DNA of 63,840 bases, counting the filler, from a bacterium (lineage in GTDB: Bacteria > JALSQH01), in assembly GCA_026985515.1 (NCBI GenBank). It is 7 parts of 7 records of this genome, joined end to end, with 100 filler letters (N's around TTAATTAATTAA, not from the genome) between each part and the next. Parts side by side here need not be neighbours in the genome. Positions count along the whole stretch, not along the records: positions 21,786 to 43,389 come from JALSQH010000002.1; 6 more parts are not named here. One strand, given 5' to 3'. Under the pieces are notes generated by a model. It was not told the DNA's origin. It saw only the letters and a list, made by a program, of their open reading frames with translations, and ran no database searches. Position 1 is the first letter of the stretch. Each line of letters starts with the position of its first letter. The position numbers were made by a program, and so were the translations under genes. This document shows positions 30,471 through 40,483 of the stretch, in pieces.

Positions 30471-31328
30471 ATGGAAGTGAAATTTGTAAAAATGCATGGC
30501 ACAGGAAATGACTTCATAGTCATTGATGCGAGGAAATATCCAGGCATAAATTGGGGAAAGGTTGCTCCCGCCCTCTGTGACAGGCATTTTGGAATAGGTG
30601 CTGATCAATTACTGCTTCTTGAAGATACATCACTGGAAAACGCAGATTACAGAATGAGGATTTTCAATGCTGACGGCTCAGAAGTGGAAATGTGCGGAAA
30701 TGGTATAAGATGTTTTGCAAAGTATGTGGAAAAGTATGTTGAGGACAAGAAAAAGCTTTATGTGGAAACTCTTGCTGGAATCGTTGTTCCGGAAATAACA
30801 GGGACTCTGGTCAAAGTTGACATGGGAGAACCTGAACTTGAAGGGGGAAAAATTCCTGTTAGAGCCAGTGGTATAATAAGAGAATACCCCCTTGAGGTGG
30901 CGGGTCGAAAGTGGAAAATAACAGCAGTTTCAATGGGTAATCCCCATGCAGTAGTAAAGGTTGAAGATGTGGATGAACTTGAACTTGAGAAAATTGGTCC
31001 ACAATTTGAGCATCATCCCTTCTTTCCAAACAGAGTCAACACTGAATTTATTCAGGTCCTCGGGGAGAATGAACTTAAAATGAGGGTATGGGAAAGAGGT
31101 GCAGGGGAAACCCTCGCATGTGGAACAGGAGCAAGCGCTTCCACCGTTGCTGCAATCTTAAATGGTTGGGTCAGAGGTCCCAGAGTCAAACTGCACTTAA
31201 AGGGAGGAGATCTGGAAGTTGAATGGAACCGTGAAAGTAACCATGTCTTTCTATATGGACCTGCCGAAGAAGTATATCATGGATTTTTTCAAATAGAAAA
31301 ATTTCTGAAGGAGGAAGAAAATGTTTAA
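30471..31328 (+). CDS. dapF: Diaminopimelate epimerase
   Basis: KMHGTGNDF, EMCGNG, MGNPH, ERGAGETLACGTG. Confidence 0.97.
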   Translation: MEVKFVKMHGTGNDFIVIDARKYPGINWGKVAPALCDRHFGIGADQLLLLEDTSLENADYRMRIFNADGSEVEMCGNGIRCFAKYVEKYVEDKKKLYVETLAGIVVPEITGTLVKVDMGEPELEGGKIPVRASGIIREYPLEVAGRKWKITAVSMGNPHAVVKVEDVDELELEKIGPQFEHHPFFPNRVNTEFIQVLGENELKMRVWERGAGETLACGTGASASTVAAILNGWVRGPRVKLHLKGGDLEVEWNRESNHVFLYGPAEEVYHGFFQIEKFLKEEENV

Positions 31329-32196
31329 GGGTGTTTACACCGCAATAGTAACTCCGTTCAGGAATGGTCAGATTGACTGGGAAGCATATAAAAATCTCGT
31401 TGAGGATCAGAAGAAGGCCGGAGTGGATGGTATTGTTCCATGCGGTACCACAGGAGAGTCAGCCACACTGACCTACCAGGAACACATTGACCTCATTAAA
31501 AGAAGCGTTGAATTTGCTGAAGGCAAAATAAAGGTTATTGCCGGGACAGGTTCCAATTCCACAAGAGAAGCAATAGAATTAACAACTGAAGCAGAAAAAG
31601 CCGGAGCAGATGGAGCCTTACTTATAACTCCATATTACAACAAACCCACCCAGAGAGGGCTCTATCAACATTTCAAAGCAATAGCAGAATCCACCTCCCT
31701 TCCCCTGATACTCTATAACATACCTGGAAGGACAGCAGTGAAACTTGAGCTGGATACAATCTGTAAGTTAGCTGAAATAAAGAATATCGTGGGGATAAAG
31801 GAAGCAACGGGTTCCCTTGACATGGCAACTTCTCTGGTGCTTAACTGTCCTGAAGATTTCGTTATTCTCTCCGGTGATGACAGTCTTACACTACCCATTA
31901 TGGCTGTTGGTGGCCACGGAGTAATTTCAGCAGTTGCAAACATAGTTCCAGAAGATATGGTTGCACTTGTCAGGGCTGTGGAAAACAATGATCTTGCTAC
32001 GGCAAGAAAACTTCATCAGAAACTTTTCCCTCTCATTAAGGCTATTTTCATTGAAACCAATCCAATACCTGTTAAGCAGGCGCTGGTTCTGATGGATAAA
32101 ATCAAACTTGAATACCGCCTTCCTCTATATGAAATGACTTCTGACCACAAGCTGGAACTAATGAGAGTTATGAGAAATTATGGGCTGATAGATTAA
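31321..32196 (+). CDS. dapA: 4-hydroxy-tetrahydrodipicolinate synthase
   Basis: GTTGES, PYYNKP, YNIPGRT, GIKEA, ETNPIPVK. Confidence 0.97.
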   Translation: MFKGVYTAIVTPFRNGQIDWEAYKNLVEDQKKAGVDGIVPCGTTGESATLTYQEHIDLIKRSVEFAEGKIKVIAGTGSNSTREAIELTTEAEKAGADGALLITPYYNKPTQRGLYQHFKAIAESTSLPLILYNIPGRTAVKLELDTICKLAEIKNIVGIKEATGSLDMATSLVLNCPEDFVILSGDDSLTLPIMAVGGHGVISAVANIVPEDMVALVRAVENNDLATARKLHQKLFPLIKAIFIETNPIPVKQALVLMDKIKLEYRLPLYEMTSDHKLELMRVMRNYGLID

Positions 32197-32297
32197 CAGT
32201 ATGCAAAACATTCCAGCCATTCTCAGTAAAGGAATTTTTAGATTCTTCACCGAATAAGAGAGATAATCTTTTAAAATGAAGTTTATTTACACTATTG

Positions 32298-32325
32298 AAG
32301 AGCTGGAGGTACTCCTCCCGCTCTT
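32298..32325. terminator. Hairpin between convergent dapA and LysM genes
   Basis: AAGAGC-T-GGAGG-TACT-CCTCC-C-GCTCTT stem. Confidence 0.5.
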
Positions 32326-33560
32326 TAATACTGTGCCACCATTCTTACTTTGTAATTCCTGTAAATTTCTTTATAACTCCTGAAAATCAGAGCAACTGAT
32401 GTTCTGTCCTGGACACTTAGAATTATCGCCTTACCCACAAGAAGCGGGGGAATGTGCTCATACCTGGATTTGATAGGATCATAAACTTTCCTCGCCGGTT
32501 GATAAATTTCAACCACATTTCCAATCTCCACATTGTCCCTTTTACCAATATCCAGATATACCACATCTCCCTCACCCACAGCGTTTCTGTTGTCTATGGT
32601 GGCTATTATGTATCCATCCACGTTTGCCTCAGACTTTTTTATCTCAATATGATGTGGAAATTTCTCAAATGGCTTTATTGAATCTCCAATCATTATTGCA
32701 TCGTAAGATTTTGTAACATACACTTTGGCAGTATCTTTGAAAACCTCCTTTACCTCAAGTACACCCTTTATCCTTACCAGATAACCTATTTTTCTCCTGT
32801 ATCTTGGTGAAAATACTGGTTCCTGCATTTCAAAAACAACAAATTTATCACCCGGTATTATTCCTGCACTCTCACCCATATTTATGTAAAGGTAGTCCCC
32901 CTGAGAGTAAAGTACCTTTTCCGAATCTGATGCAACTATTCTTCCATAGGATTTCAACTCATATTTTGAAATAAATCCTTCATATCCAACCCTTATGAAG
33001 TAGTGGATGGGTGGTGGCTGAGGAATAACTATGGTCTGGACAGTTGGCTCCTCTATTTCCTCCGGCATCGTTGCAACTTCCTGAGGTGCTGGTACATTAC
33101 CTGCAGAAACCTGGGGAGAGGTTGGAGCTGGAGGCAGATTCTCAGATGGCAGAGGAGTGGCTACAGCAGCAGGAGCCTGCTGTACTGAAGGAGTAACTGG
33201 AGGAGCCTTCAAACTTTCCACGGGAGGCGGAACACTCACACCGGTAACGGGTTTTATGGGCTGAGGTACCCGGGTCCCCGTTACTGCGGTGGCTGAAGCA
33301 AGATTCTGTGGTGGAGGTCCACTCAAAATTTTCGGGATGGCCAGAGGCTTTCCAGGATAAATCAGATTTGGATCATCTATGTATGGATTGGCCTCCCAGA
33401 TTCTTGGCCAGAGCCATGGATTATGATAAAATTGCTGAGCAAGTCCCCATAGAGTGTCACCTGACTGAACAATATAGACCTCTCCACCATTATTTGCATC
33501 CTGAGCAAATAAAGGAAGAGTAAGAAAAACAATTACAGCAATTAAAAGAGCCTTTTTCAT
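32325..33560 (-). CDS. LysM peptidoglycan-binding protein, TsaP-like
   Basis: Signal peptide. GDTLWGLAQQFYHNPWLWPRIWEANPYIDDPNLIYPG. Pro-rich linker. C-terminal beta domains with VYLDIG. Confidence 0.85.
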   Translation of the reverse strand: MKKALLIAVIVFLTLPLFAQDANNGGEVYIVQSGDTLWGLAQQFYHNPWLWPRIWEANPYIDDPNLIYPGKPLAIPKILSGPPPQNLASATAVTGTRVPQPIKPVTGVSVPPPVESLKAPPVTPSVQQAPAAVATPLPSENLPPAPTSPQVSAGNVPAPQEVATMPEEIEEPTVQTIVIPQPPPIHYFIRVGYEGFISKYELKSYGRIVASDSEKVLYSQGDYLYINMGESAGIIPGDKFVVFEMQEPVFSPRYRRKIGYLVRIKGVLEVKEVFKDTAKVYVTKSYDAIMIGDSIKPFEKFPHHIEIKKSEANVDGYIIATIDNRNAVGEGDVVYLDIGKRDNVEIGNVVEIYQPARKVYDPIKSRYEHIPPLLVGKAIILSVQDRTSVALIFRSYKEIYRNYKVRMVAQY

Positions 33561-34384
33561 TCGCCACCCCCATTTATTTCCTTTAATTTGGATCTTGCAA
33601 TTTTTGCAGGATTGCTCCAGGGATAATTATTGATAACCATTTTTAAATACTCCCTGCCCTTCTCAACATTGCCCATCTTCAGGTATGAAAATCCTATCTT
33701 TAAAATTGCATCAGGCACCTTGTTGCCATCGGGATACTGAGAAAGAACTTTATTGAAATACTCAATTGCGTCACTGTAGTTATGGGTGGCATAATAGCAT
33801 TCACCTGTCCAGTAAAGGGCGTTATCGGCAAGATCACTGTCCGGAAAACTCTGAACAAGATAGAGAAACAAACCAGAAGCTCTGTCGTAATCACCTGCTT
33901 TAAGATACGACATCGCCTTTCTGTATATATTCTCCGGGCTTGAGGGATCAACTCCCCTCAGATCTGCTCTGGGATTCACAGGTTGAGGTTCTTCATTTTC
34001 CTCCGCACCAGATGAGGTACCATAACCACCTGAAACTGCAACTTCAGTTTCTCTGCTGACTGATGTTGTTGCAGATTCCACTGATGGGGAAACCCTCAAA
34101 TTTTTACGGGGAATGTTCACATAATTCTGCTGAGGATGATTCTTTAGTCTCTGAGATAATTCATCAACTTTTAGAGAAAGCGATTCAATCTTATCCTGCA
34201 TGAGATTTAAGAGATACATCTTTCTTTCCAGTTCCTCAACTCTCGTCTGAAGAAGTGCGTTTGTCCTCTGTATCTCCCTCAATTGCAATTCAAGATCTTC
34301 CATCTTATCCCTTTTATTAATCGTAGAACAAGCAAACAAAATTGGCAAGGAAAAGAGTACAAAAAAATTCTTCCACTTCTTCAT
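33557..34384 (-). CDS. cpoB: Tol-Pal system protein YbgF/CpoB
   Basis: Lipobox FAC, coiled coil, TPRs (ADNALYWTGECYY; PDGNKVPDAILKIG). Confidence 0.9.
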   Translation of the reverse strand: MKKWKNFFVLFSLPILFACSTINKRDKMEDLELQLREIQRTNALLQTRVEELERKMYLLNLMQDKIESLSLKVDELSQRLKNHPQQNYVNIPRKNLRVSPSVESATTSVSRETEVAVSGGYGTSSGAEENEEPQPVNPRADLRGVDPSSPENIYRKAMSYLKAGDYDRASGLFLYLVQSFPDSDLADNALYWTGECYYATHNYSDAIEYFNKVLSQYPDGNKVPDAILKIGFSYLKMGNVEKGREYLKMVINNYPWSNPAKIARSKLKEINGGGE

Positions 34385-34514
34385 CTGTACACCCGCTTTT
34401 GAACTAAATAATAAGTTATAACCCTTTTTCTGTCAAGGAATACAGCTGTTCCTCTGACTTGCATAATTTCTCAATCGGTAGAAAATATTAAGTAAACGTG
34501 GTAGGGAGGAGAAA

Positions 34515-34814
34515 ATGTGGACGGACAGGATTCCTGAAGACGCAACAATAATAGACATCCGTGACCCTGACTCCTTCAAAGAGTATCATTATCCCGGGTC
34601 AATCAATATTCCCTTTGAGGAAATGATTAAAAAAGTTTCCTCTGAAGAATTACCCAGAGAGAAGAACTATCTTATTGTATGTTATGCTGGAATGAAAACT
34701 TCAGTAATCCTCAACATGATGCTTGCTCATGGATACAGAGCACAGGGAGTGATTGGTGGAATTGGAACTCTGAGAAGAATAGAAGAAGAAAAATCGCAGA
34801 AGACTAAATCGTAA
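34515..34814 (+). CDS. Rhodanese-like domain protein
   Basis: IIDIRDP...HYPGSINIP, active-loop Cys CYAG, GGI. Confidence 0.85.
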   Translation: MWTDRIPEDATIIDIRDPDSFKEYHYPGSINIPFEEMIKKVSSEELPREKNYLIVCYAGMKTSVILNMMLAHGYRAQGVIGGIGTLRRIEEEKSQKTKS

Positions 34815-35529
34815 ACCAGATTTTACCAAGAAAGAGGAAGGCTCCTCTGTAATTCTTTCTTGGACCAAGGGAATAGCCAGGGGTAACAGCAATTCCATAA
34901 TTGCCAAGATCAATTCCCACTATCAAGCCAACAAAATTATTTGCACCACCCTCAGCCTCTTCTCTTTCCCAGAGATCTTCCAGATCCTCGCCAAGATATT
35001 CAAACCCGTAAATTAAAAATTTTTTCCTGCCTGAAAATGCAAGGGTTAAATGCCAGTCAAAGGGATCCCTGAATTTGGAAAAGGATTTATCAAGGTAGTT
35101 GTTCAAGGAAAATTCAAAAAGACCAATTCTATAGGTGGCCAGAAAACCTGTATGAAAGGTAAATACACCCTCTGTTTCTCTAAGAAGTTCCAGAGCAAGT
35201 GAAACCTCATAACTGTCGCTTTTCAAGATCCTGAAGCCTCCACCCACTCCAAAACCAGAATGACCTGAGGAAAGATTGTAACCAGTACTTATTTTCATGG
35301 AAATCTGGTCACTCATCCCAGCCTGAAAATCGCTCCATATTTCCACCCCCCTTGACCATGAAGGTGGAATGTAGCGGGTTCCTGCTGAAGTTCTGATTTC
35401 AAAAATGTAACTTTTATAATCAGGTAACTCTGAGACCACTAAATTGTAAATTGATTCACCGCCATATAAAAATGAGGCATAAAAAAGGGGCAGGGAAAAA
35501 AATAATAATGTGCAGATCCACTTTCTCAT
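34804..35529 (-). CDS. Hypothetical exported protein, probable outer-membrane beta-barrel
   Basis: Signal peptide, alternating aromatic/hydrophobic strands, aromatic-rich C-terminus. Confidence 0.6.
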   Translation of the reverse strand: MRKWICTLLFFSLPLFYASFLYGGESIYNLVVSELPDYKSYIFEIRTSAGTRYIPPSWSRGVEIWSDFQAGMSDQISMKISTGYNLSSGHSGFGVGGGFRILKSDSYEVSLALELLRETEGVFTFHTGFLATYRIGLFEFSLNNYLDKSFSKFRDPFDWHLTLAFSGRKKFLIYGFEYLGEDLEDLWEREEAEGGANNFVGLIVGIDLGNYGIAVTPGYSLGPRKNYRGAFLFLGKIWFTI

Positions 35530-35572
35530 TACACAACAATTATAATAAGGGATTCAGGGTTATGCAACGCAA

Positions 35573-36070
35573 TTATTCAAAAACGATAAGAACTGCTCTT
35601 GCCTCAACAGAGTCGCCTTCTTTAACAAAAACTTTCTTTACCTTTCCCTTTCTGGGACTTTTTATGAGATTCTCCATCTTCATTGCCTCTATGGCAAGAA
35701 GTACCTGATCCTTTTTCACTTCCTCACCCTCTTTAACTTCAACCCTTACCACTTTCCCGGGCATTGGTGCCACAACTTCACGAACACTCTCATCACCTGA
35801 TTCGCCCCTGCCAATAAATCTATTTCTGGAATTAGTTACGACAACATAAATGTTGCAATTATCTATCGCTATTAGATAGTTACCCCTTTTCTTCCTCTCA
35901 TAAAAAAAATGAATCCTCTCTTCATCAGAAAAAATTGTATATTCATTTGGTGAAAACTTTTTTGTGTGAAAGACTTCTTCCTCTTCTCCCAATCTCAGAA
36001 TCAAATCACCATCTCTCTTTTTAACCTCAACTTCATAGGTTTCACCATCTATCACAACCTGTAATTTCAT
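35573..36070 (-). CDS. Biotin carboxyl carrier subunit
   Basis: APMPGKV...EAMKMEN biotinylation motif. Confidence 0.93.
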   Translation of the reverse strand: MKLQVVIDGETYEVEVKKRDGDLILRLGEEEEVFHTKKFSPNEYTIFSDEERIHFFYERKKRGNYLIAIDNCNIYVVVTNSRNRFIGRGESGDESVREVVAPMPGKVVRVEVKEGEEVKKDQVLLAIEAMKMENLIKSPRKGKVKKVFVKEGDSVEARAVLIVFE

Positions 36071-36083
36071 ATTCTTGCTCCAT

Positions 36084-37604
36084 TCATAACTTAAAAGGTC
36101 TCGTTCTCATAATGCCCTGTTGTATCCTTCCAAGCATTTTCCATGAAGAGACAGAACCGCTTTCTTTTCCAGAATCTTCCGCTGATGAATCCTCAATGAA
36201 AACAAAAACAGCAGCCACCAGCGCCTTTTTTATCAACTCCTTTTTCTTTGCCCTGATAAGAGCTGCATAGTCAAGTTTCTCAAGAAGAGTTGTATCATAT
36301 TTACCTTCTCTAAAAGGCTCAGAGTTTATAACCACCTGGTGAAAAATTATGTTATTTTTAACACCAGCCAGACGATACTCGTCAAGGGCAACAAGTATTC
36401 GGGATATTGCGTCCTCTCTGCTCTCTCCCCATGCTATTAATTTGGCTATCATCGGGTCATAGTAAATTGGTATGGTAAAACCCTGATATACACCAGTGTC
36501 AAGGCGTATGCCTGGATTACCGGGATTTATCAATCCTATTATTCTGCCGGGACTTGGATTAAAGTTATTCAGAGGATCCTCAGCGTAAATCCTTGCTTCT
36601 ATGGCGTGTCCTCTCTGGATTATTCTATTCTGCTCCCAGTTAAGTTTCTCCCCGGCAGCGACCATGAACTGAGCCTTTACCAGGTCAATACCCGTGACCA
36701 TTTCGGTTACAGGATGCTCAACCTGTAATCTTGTATTCATTTCAAGAAAGTAATAATTTCTGTGTTTATCAACGAGAAATTCCACTGTACCCGCATTGAA
36801 ATAGCCCACCTTTTTAGCGAGCCTGATGGCACTATTTGCCATTTTTTCTCTCAGCTCATCTGTTATAAATGGCGAGGGAGATTCTTCAATAACCTTCTGG
36901 TGTCTCCTCTGAACGGAACATTCCCTCTCATTCAGATGAAAGTAGTTTCCATTCTGATCAGCAATGATCTGGATTTCAATGTGATGGGGTTCTTCAAGAT
37001 ACTTTTCAATGTAAATTCTATCGTCACCAAAGGCTCCCCGCGCCTCTCTTCTGGCCGAATCAAAGGCGTTTTTCAATTCAGACTCTTCAAAAACGAGTCT
37101 CATACCCTTTCCACCACCACCAGCTGAGGCCTTGAGCATAATTGGATATCCTATTTCTCTTGCAAAGGATTTTGCTTCCTCAAATGATTCTACCGAGTCT
37201 TCAGTACCGGGTACCACAGGGACCCCGGCAGAAATGGCTATTTTCCTCGAAGTTACTTTATCACCCATTGCTTCAATAGCTTCCGGGGGTGGACCAATGA
37301 AAGTTATTCCTTCCTCCTGGCATCTTCTGGCAAATTCAGGATTTTCAGATAAAAAACCATATCCTGGATGTATTGCATCTGCACCAGCTTCCTTCGCCAC
37401 AGAAATTATCTTCTCAATATTCAGATAACTTTGAGTGGAAGGAGAAGGACCAATAAAATAACTCTCTCCTGACATCAACACATGAAGAGCGTCTCTGTCT
37501 GCTTCTGAATAAACTGTGGCAAATGGAATCCCGAGTTCCTTCGCTGCTCTGAGAACCCTTACAGCAATTTCCCCTCTATTTGCAATCAGTACTTTCCTGA
37601 ACAT
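36084..37604 (-). CDS. accC: Acyl-CoA carboxylase biotin carboxylase subunit
   Basis: ANRGEIA, HPGYGFLSEN, GGGGKGMR, EMNTRLQVEHPVTE. Confidence 0.93.
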   Translation of the reverse strand: MFRKVLIANRGEIAVRVLRAAKELGIPFATVYSEADRDALHVLMSGESYFIGPSPSTQSYLNIEKIISVAKEAGADAIHPGYGFLSENPEFARRCQEEGITFIGPPPEAIEAMGDKVTSRKIAISAGVPVVPGTEDSVESFEEAKSFAREIGYPIMLKASAGGGGKGMRLVFEESELKNAFDSARREARGAFGDDRIYIEKYLEEPHHIEIQIIADQNGNYFHLNERECSVQRRHQKVIEESPSPFITDELREKMANSAIRLAKKVGYFNAGTVEFLVDKHRNYYFLEMNTRLQVEHPVTEMVTGIDLVKAQFMVAAGEKLNWEQNRIIQRGHAIEARIYAEDPLNNFNPSPGRIIGLINPGNPGIRLDTGVYQGFTIPIYYDPMIAKLIAWGESREDAISRILVALDEYRLAGVKNNIIFHQVVINSEPFREGKYDTTLLEKLDYAALIRAKKKELIKKALVAAVFVFIEDSSAEDSGKESGSVSSWKMLGRIQQGIMRTRPFKL

Positions 37605-37613
37605 CTCTTACTC

Positions 37614-39185
37614 CTACAGAGGAATATTTCCATGCTTTTTTGGCGGGAGAGATTCCGACTTATTTCTCAACATCTCAAAGTATGATATCAGCTTCGGTCT
37701 GAGATATGCTGGATCTATCACTTCATCAATATAACCCAGCCCAGCAGCCTTGTAGGGATTGGCAAAATTTTTTCTATAATCCGCCACAAGTTTCTTCTTC
37801 AGTTCTTCTGGATTCTCCGCCTCCGCCAACTCCTTTTTGAAGATAATATTTACGGCGCCATCGGGACCCATCACCGCAATTTCTGCATTTGGAAAAGCAA
37901 GATTTATATCCGCTCCAATATGTTTGCTATTCATAACATCATAGGCTCCACCATAAGCCTTTCTCGTTATCACGGTTATGCGCGGTACAGTCGATTCTGC
38001 AAAAGCGTAGAGAAGCTTTGCCCCTTCCTTGATGATACCACCATACTCCTGATCTGACCCGGGTAGGAAACCGGGAACATCTTCAAAGGTCAGCAGAGGA
38101 ATATTAAAGGCATCACAGAATCTAACAAATCTTGCAGCCTTTTTTGAAGCGTTAATATCCAGACACCCGGCCAGATGTTCCGGCTGGTTTGCAACAATTC
38201 CCACCGTTCTACCATTGAGTCGTCCAAAACCAATAATAATATTCTGTGCAAAATCCTTTTGAATTTCAAAGAAGTAACCATCATCAAGAATCCGCGTTAT
38301 GATCTCTCTCATATCGTACGGCTTGGAGGGGTCGGGAGGAACAATGTACCTCAGTTCTTCATCAATTCTGTCAACAGGATCTGATGTTGGTTTAACAGGG
38401 GGGTCTTCCATCCAGTTGGAGGGTATAAAACTCAGCAGTTCTCTTACCATGGCGAGGGTTTCCTCTTCTGTATCAAAGGCGAAATGAGCAACCCCGCTTA
38501 TCCTTGTGTGAGTTTCAGCTCCACCCAGTTTTTCTTTTGTTATTTCCTCATGCGTTACAGCCTTTATAACATCGGGACCGGTGACAAACATGTAACTGAT
38601 TTTCCTGACCATAAAAATAAAATCGGTCAGGGCAGGTGAATAAACTGCACCGCCTGCATTGGGACCCATAATTACCGAAATCTGAGGAATGATACCCGAA
38701 TATCTGGTATTGCGAAAGAAAATATCAGCGTATCCTGCCAGGCTTTCCACCCCCTCCTGAATTCTTGCACCACCAGAGTCGTTTAACCCTATGATGGGGG
38801 CTCCATTTTTATAGGCAAGATCCATAATTTTAACAATCTTCCTTGCATGGGCACTGGCAAGGGATCCGCCAAACACTGTAAAATCCTGAGAAAAGACAAA
38901 AACTGTTCTCCCCCTTATCTTTCCATATCCGGTTACCACTCCATCACCATAGATTCTATTTTTCTCCATCCCGAAACCTGTATTCCTGTTGAGGACAAAT
39001 TTGTCAATTTCCACAAAAGTCCCCTCATCAAGGAGAAGATTGATTCTCTCTCTTGCCGTTAATTTACCCTGTTTGTGCTGATTCTCAATCCTTTCAATTC
39101 CACCACCAAGTTCTGCAAGTTTGTGTTTTTCCTCAAGTTCCTTTAATTTTTCATCAATAATCTTTCTATCCTTTGAATTTGCCAT
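37614..39185 (-). CDS. pccB: Acyl-CoA (propionyl/methylmalonyl-CoA type) carboxyltransferase subunit
   Basis: [27 protein letters not shown]-terminal KKHGNIPL. Confidence 0.9.
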   Translation of the reverse strand: MANSKDRKIIDEKLKELEEKHKLAELGGGIERIENQHKQGKLTARERINLLLDEGTFVEIDKFVLNRNTGFGMEKNRIYGDGVVTGYGKIRGRTVFVFSQDFTVFGGSLASAHARKIVKIMDLAYKNGAPIIGLNDSGGARIQEGVESLAGYADIFFRNTRYSGIIPQISVIMGPNAGGAVYSPALTDFIFMVRKISYMFVTGPDVIKAVTHEEITKEKLGGAETHTRISGVAHFAFDTEEETLAMVRELLSFIPSNWMEDPPVKPTSDPVDRIDEELRYIVPPDPSKPYDMREIITRILDDGYFFEIQKDFAQNIIIGFGRLNGRTVGIVANQPEHLAGCLDINASKKAARFVRFCDAFNIPLLTFEDVPGFLPGSDQEYGGIIKEGAKLLYAFAESTVPRITVITRKAYGGAYDVMNSKHIGADINLAFPNAEIAVMGPDGAVNIIFKKELAEAENPEELKKKLVADYRKNFANPYKAAGLGYIDEVIDPAYLRPKLISYFEMLRNKSESLPPKKHGNIPL

Positions 39186-39195
39186 ACCTTTCTCC

Positions 39196-39771
39196 TTATC
39201 TTGCAATTACTGCGAGCACTTTGGACCTTTTGTCTGAATGGGAAAGGAGCCTGTGTTTCACCGTTGAATCAAAATAAATAGCGTCACCCTCTTTTAAAAT
39301 GATTCTCTCATCCCCAACAATCATCTCCACCTCTCCTTCCATCACATAGAGAAACTCCTCCCCATCGTGACTGTAGAGATTCTCCTCATACCTCATACCG
39401 GGCTCAACTATGAGTATAAAGGGATCCATGATTCTGTTCTTCTTTCTGTATGCCAGAGATTCATAGATGTATCCATGATCCGTGCCTTCCGGCGAGATCA
39501 CCTTTTTCACAACCCTTCTTTCATCTTTTCTAACAACCTCGTAGATTGACTCCTCTTCTTCAAAGAAATATGAAATTTTGACATTGAAAAACTTCGAAAT
39601 CTTCATCAGGGTAGCAATAGGTGGAGAAATATTGTTGTTTTCTATTTGAGAAATGAGAGCAGGAGAAAACCCCGTTGCACTAGCAATTTCCTTTAGAGTT
39701 ACTCCTCTCTTTTTTCTCAATCTCTTGAGTTTTTCTCCAATTTTTAACTCTTCAACAACAGTTTTACTCAT
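39196..39771 (-). CDS. XRE-family HTH plus cupin transcriptional regulator
   Basis: HTH ([22 protein letters not shown]) and cupin ([12 protein letters not shown]...GDAIYFDS...H). Confidence 0.92.
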   Translation of the reverse strand: MSKTVVEELKIGEKLKRLRKKRGVTLKEIASATGFSPALISQIENNNISPPIATLMKISKFFNVKISYFFEEEESIYEVVRKDERRVVKKVISPEGTDHGYIYESLAYRKKNRIMDPFILIVEPGMRYEENLYSHDGEEFLYVMEGEVEMIVGDERIILKEGDAIYFDSTVKHRLLSHSDKRSKVLAVIAR

Positions 39772-39780
39772 ACTAAAAAC

Positions 39781-39809
39781 AATTTAATTGATTTTGTAAA
39801 ATTTGTCAA
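39781..39809 (-). promoter_or_regulatory. sigma70 promoter of regulator-carboxylase operon
   Basis: Minus strand TTGACA(39809-39804)-17bp-TAAATT(39786-39781), 9 nt before the ATG. Confidence 0.65.
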
Positions 39810-40483
39810 ACAAGTTCCTCTGCATATTTTACCAGTTCTTCGAAAAATCCAAACTTTTTCTCAATAAAATTTTTTTCTGTAAAAAAAGGCCTCCACTTTC
39901 CTTCCTCAAATCTGTCTGAAACGATTAAAAAAGGATAAATCTGCCTGGAATAGAGTTTTCCTGCAATCATAAGGGGAAAGAGTTCCATTTCAACCAGTTC
40001 AAACCCCTTCTTTCTGCTCTCAGAAATAAATTCGTAACTCTCTTCCAGAGGAGAAAAAACAGTCAGCACCTTTCCAGATTGAAGGTTACTGAACCTCTTC
40101 ATTCCATCTGGTGGACAAAATCGGACTTCATTGTAGGGTTTATAATCAATAAAACCAAAGGTTGAAGCAACAATTTCAGGAAGAACTATCTCCCCGATCT
40201 GAAATTTTCCGGTAAGGTCACCTGCAGTCCCATAGAAAATCAGCTGTTCAACCCCTGATGCAAATAGAAGTGAAGCAATAAAAAAGTTCTTCTGACCGGA
40301 AAATACATCATATATCACACAAACATTTTTTAAAAAACATGCCTCCCCTATTCCTGGAGGTATATCCTTCCTTTCTCTGCACTTAAGTTCCTGAAACATT
40401 TTTCTGAAAGGAAGGACAATAACAACAGGCGGTATGTTAAAGTCATCAGGTAATTTCATTCTGTATAAAATCTTTTCATGCAT
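39806..40483 (-). CDS. Nucleoside phosphorylase-fold protein (divergent)
   Basis: IFYGTAG...IGEIVLP, VEME, LIVSD motifs of the PNP/UDP family. Confidence 0.6.
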   Translation of the reverse strand: MHEKILYRMKLPDDFNIPPVVIVLPFRKMFQELKCRERKDIPPGIGEACFLKNVCVIYDVFSGQKNFFIASLLFASGVEQLIFYGTAGDLTGKFQIGEIVLPEIVASTFGFIDYKPYNEVRFCPPDGMKRFSNLQSGKVLTVFSPLEESYEFISESRKKGFELVEMELFPLMIAGKLYSRQIYPFLIVSDRFEEGKWRPFFTEKNFIEKKFGFFEELVKYAEELV

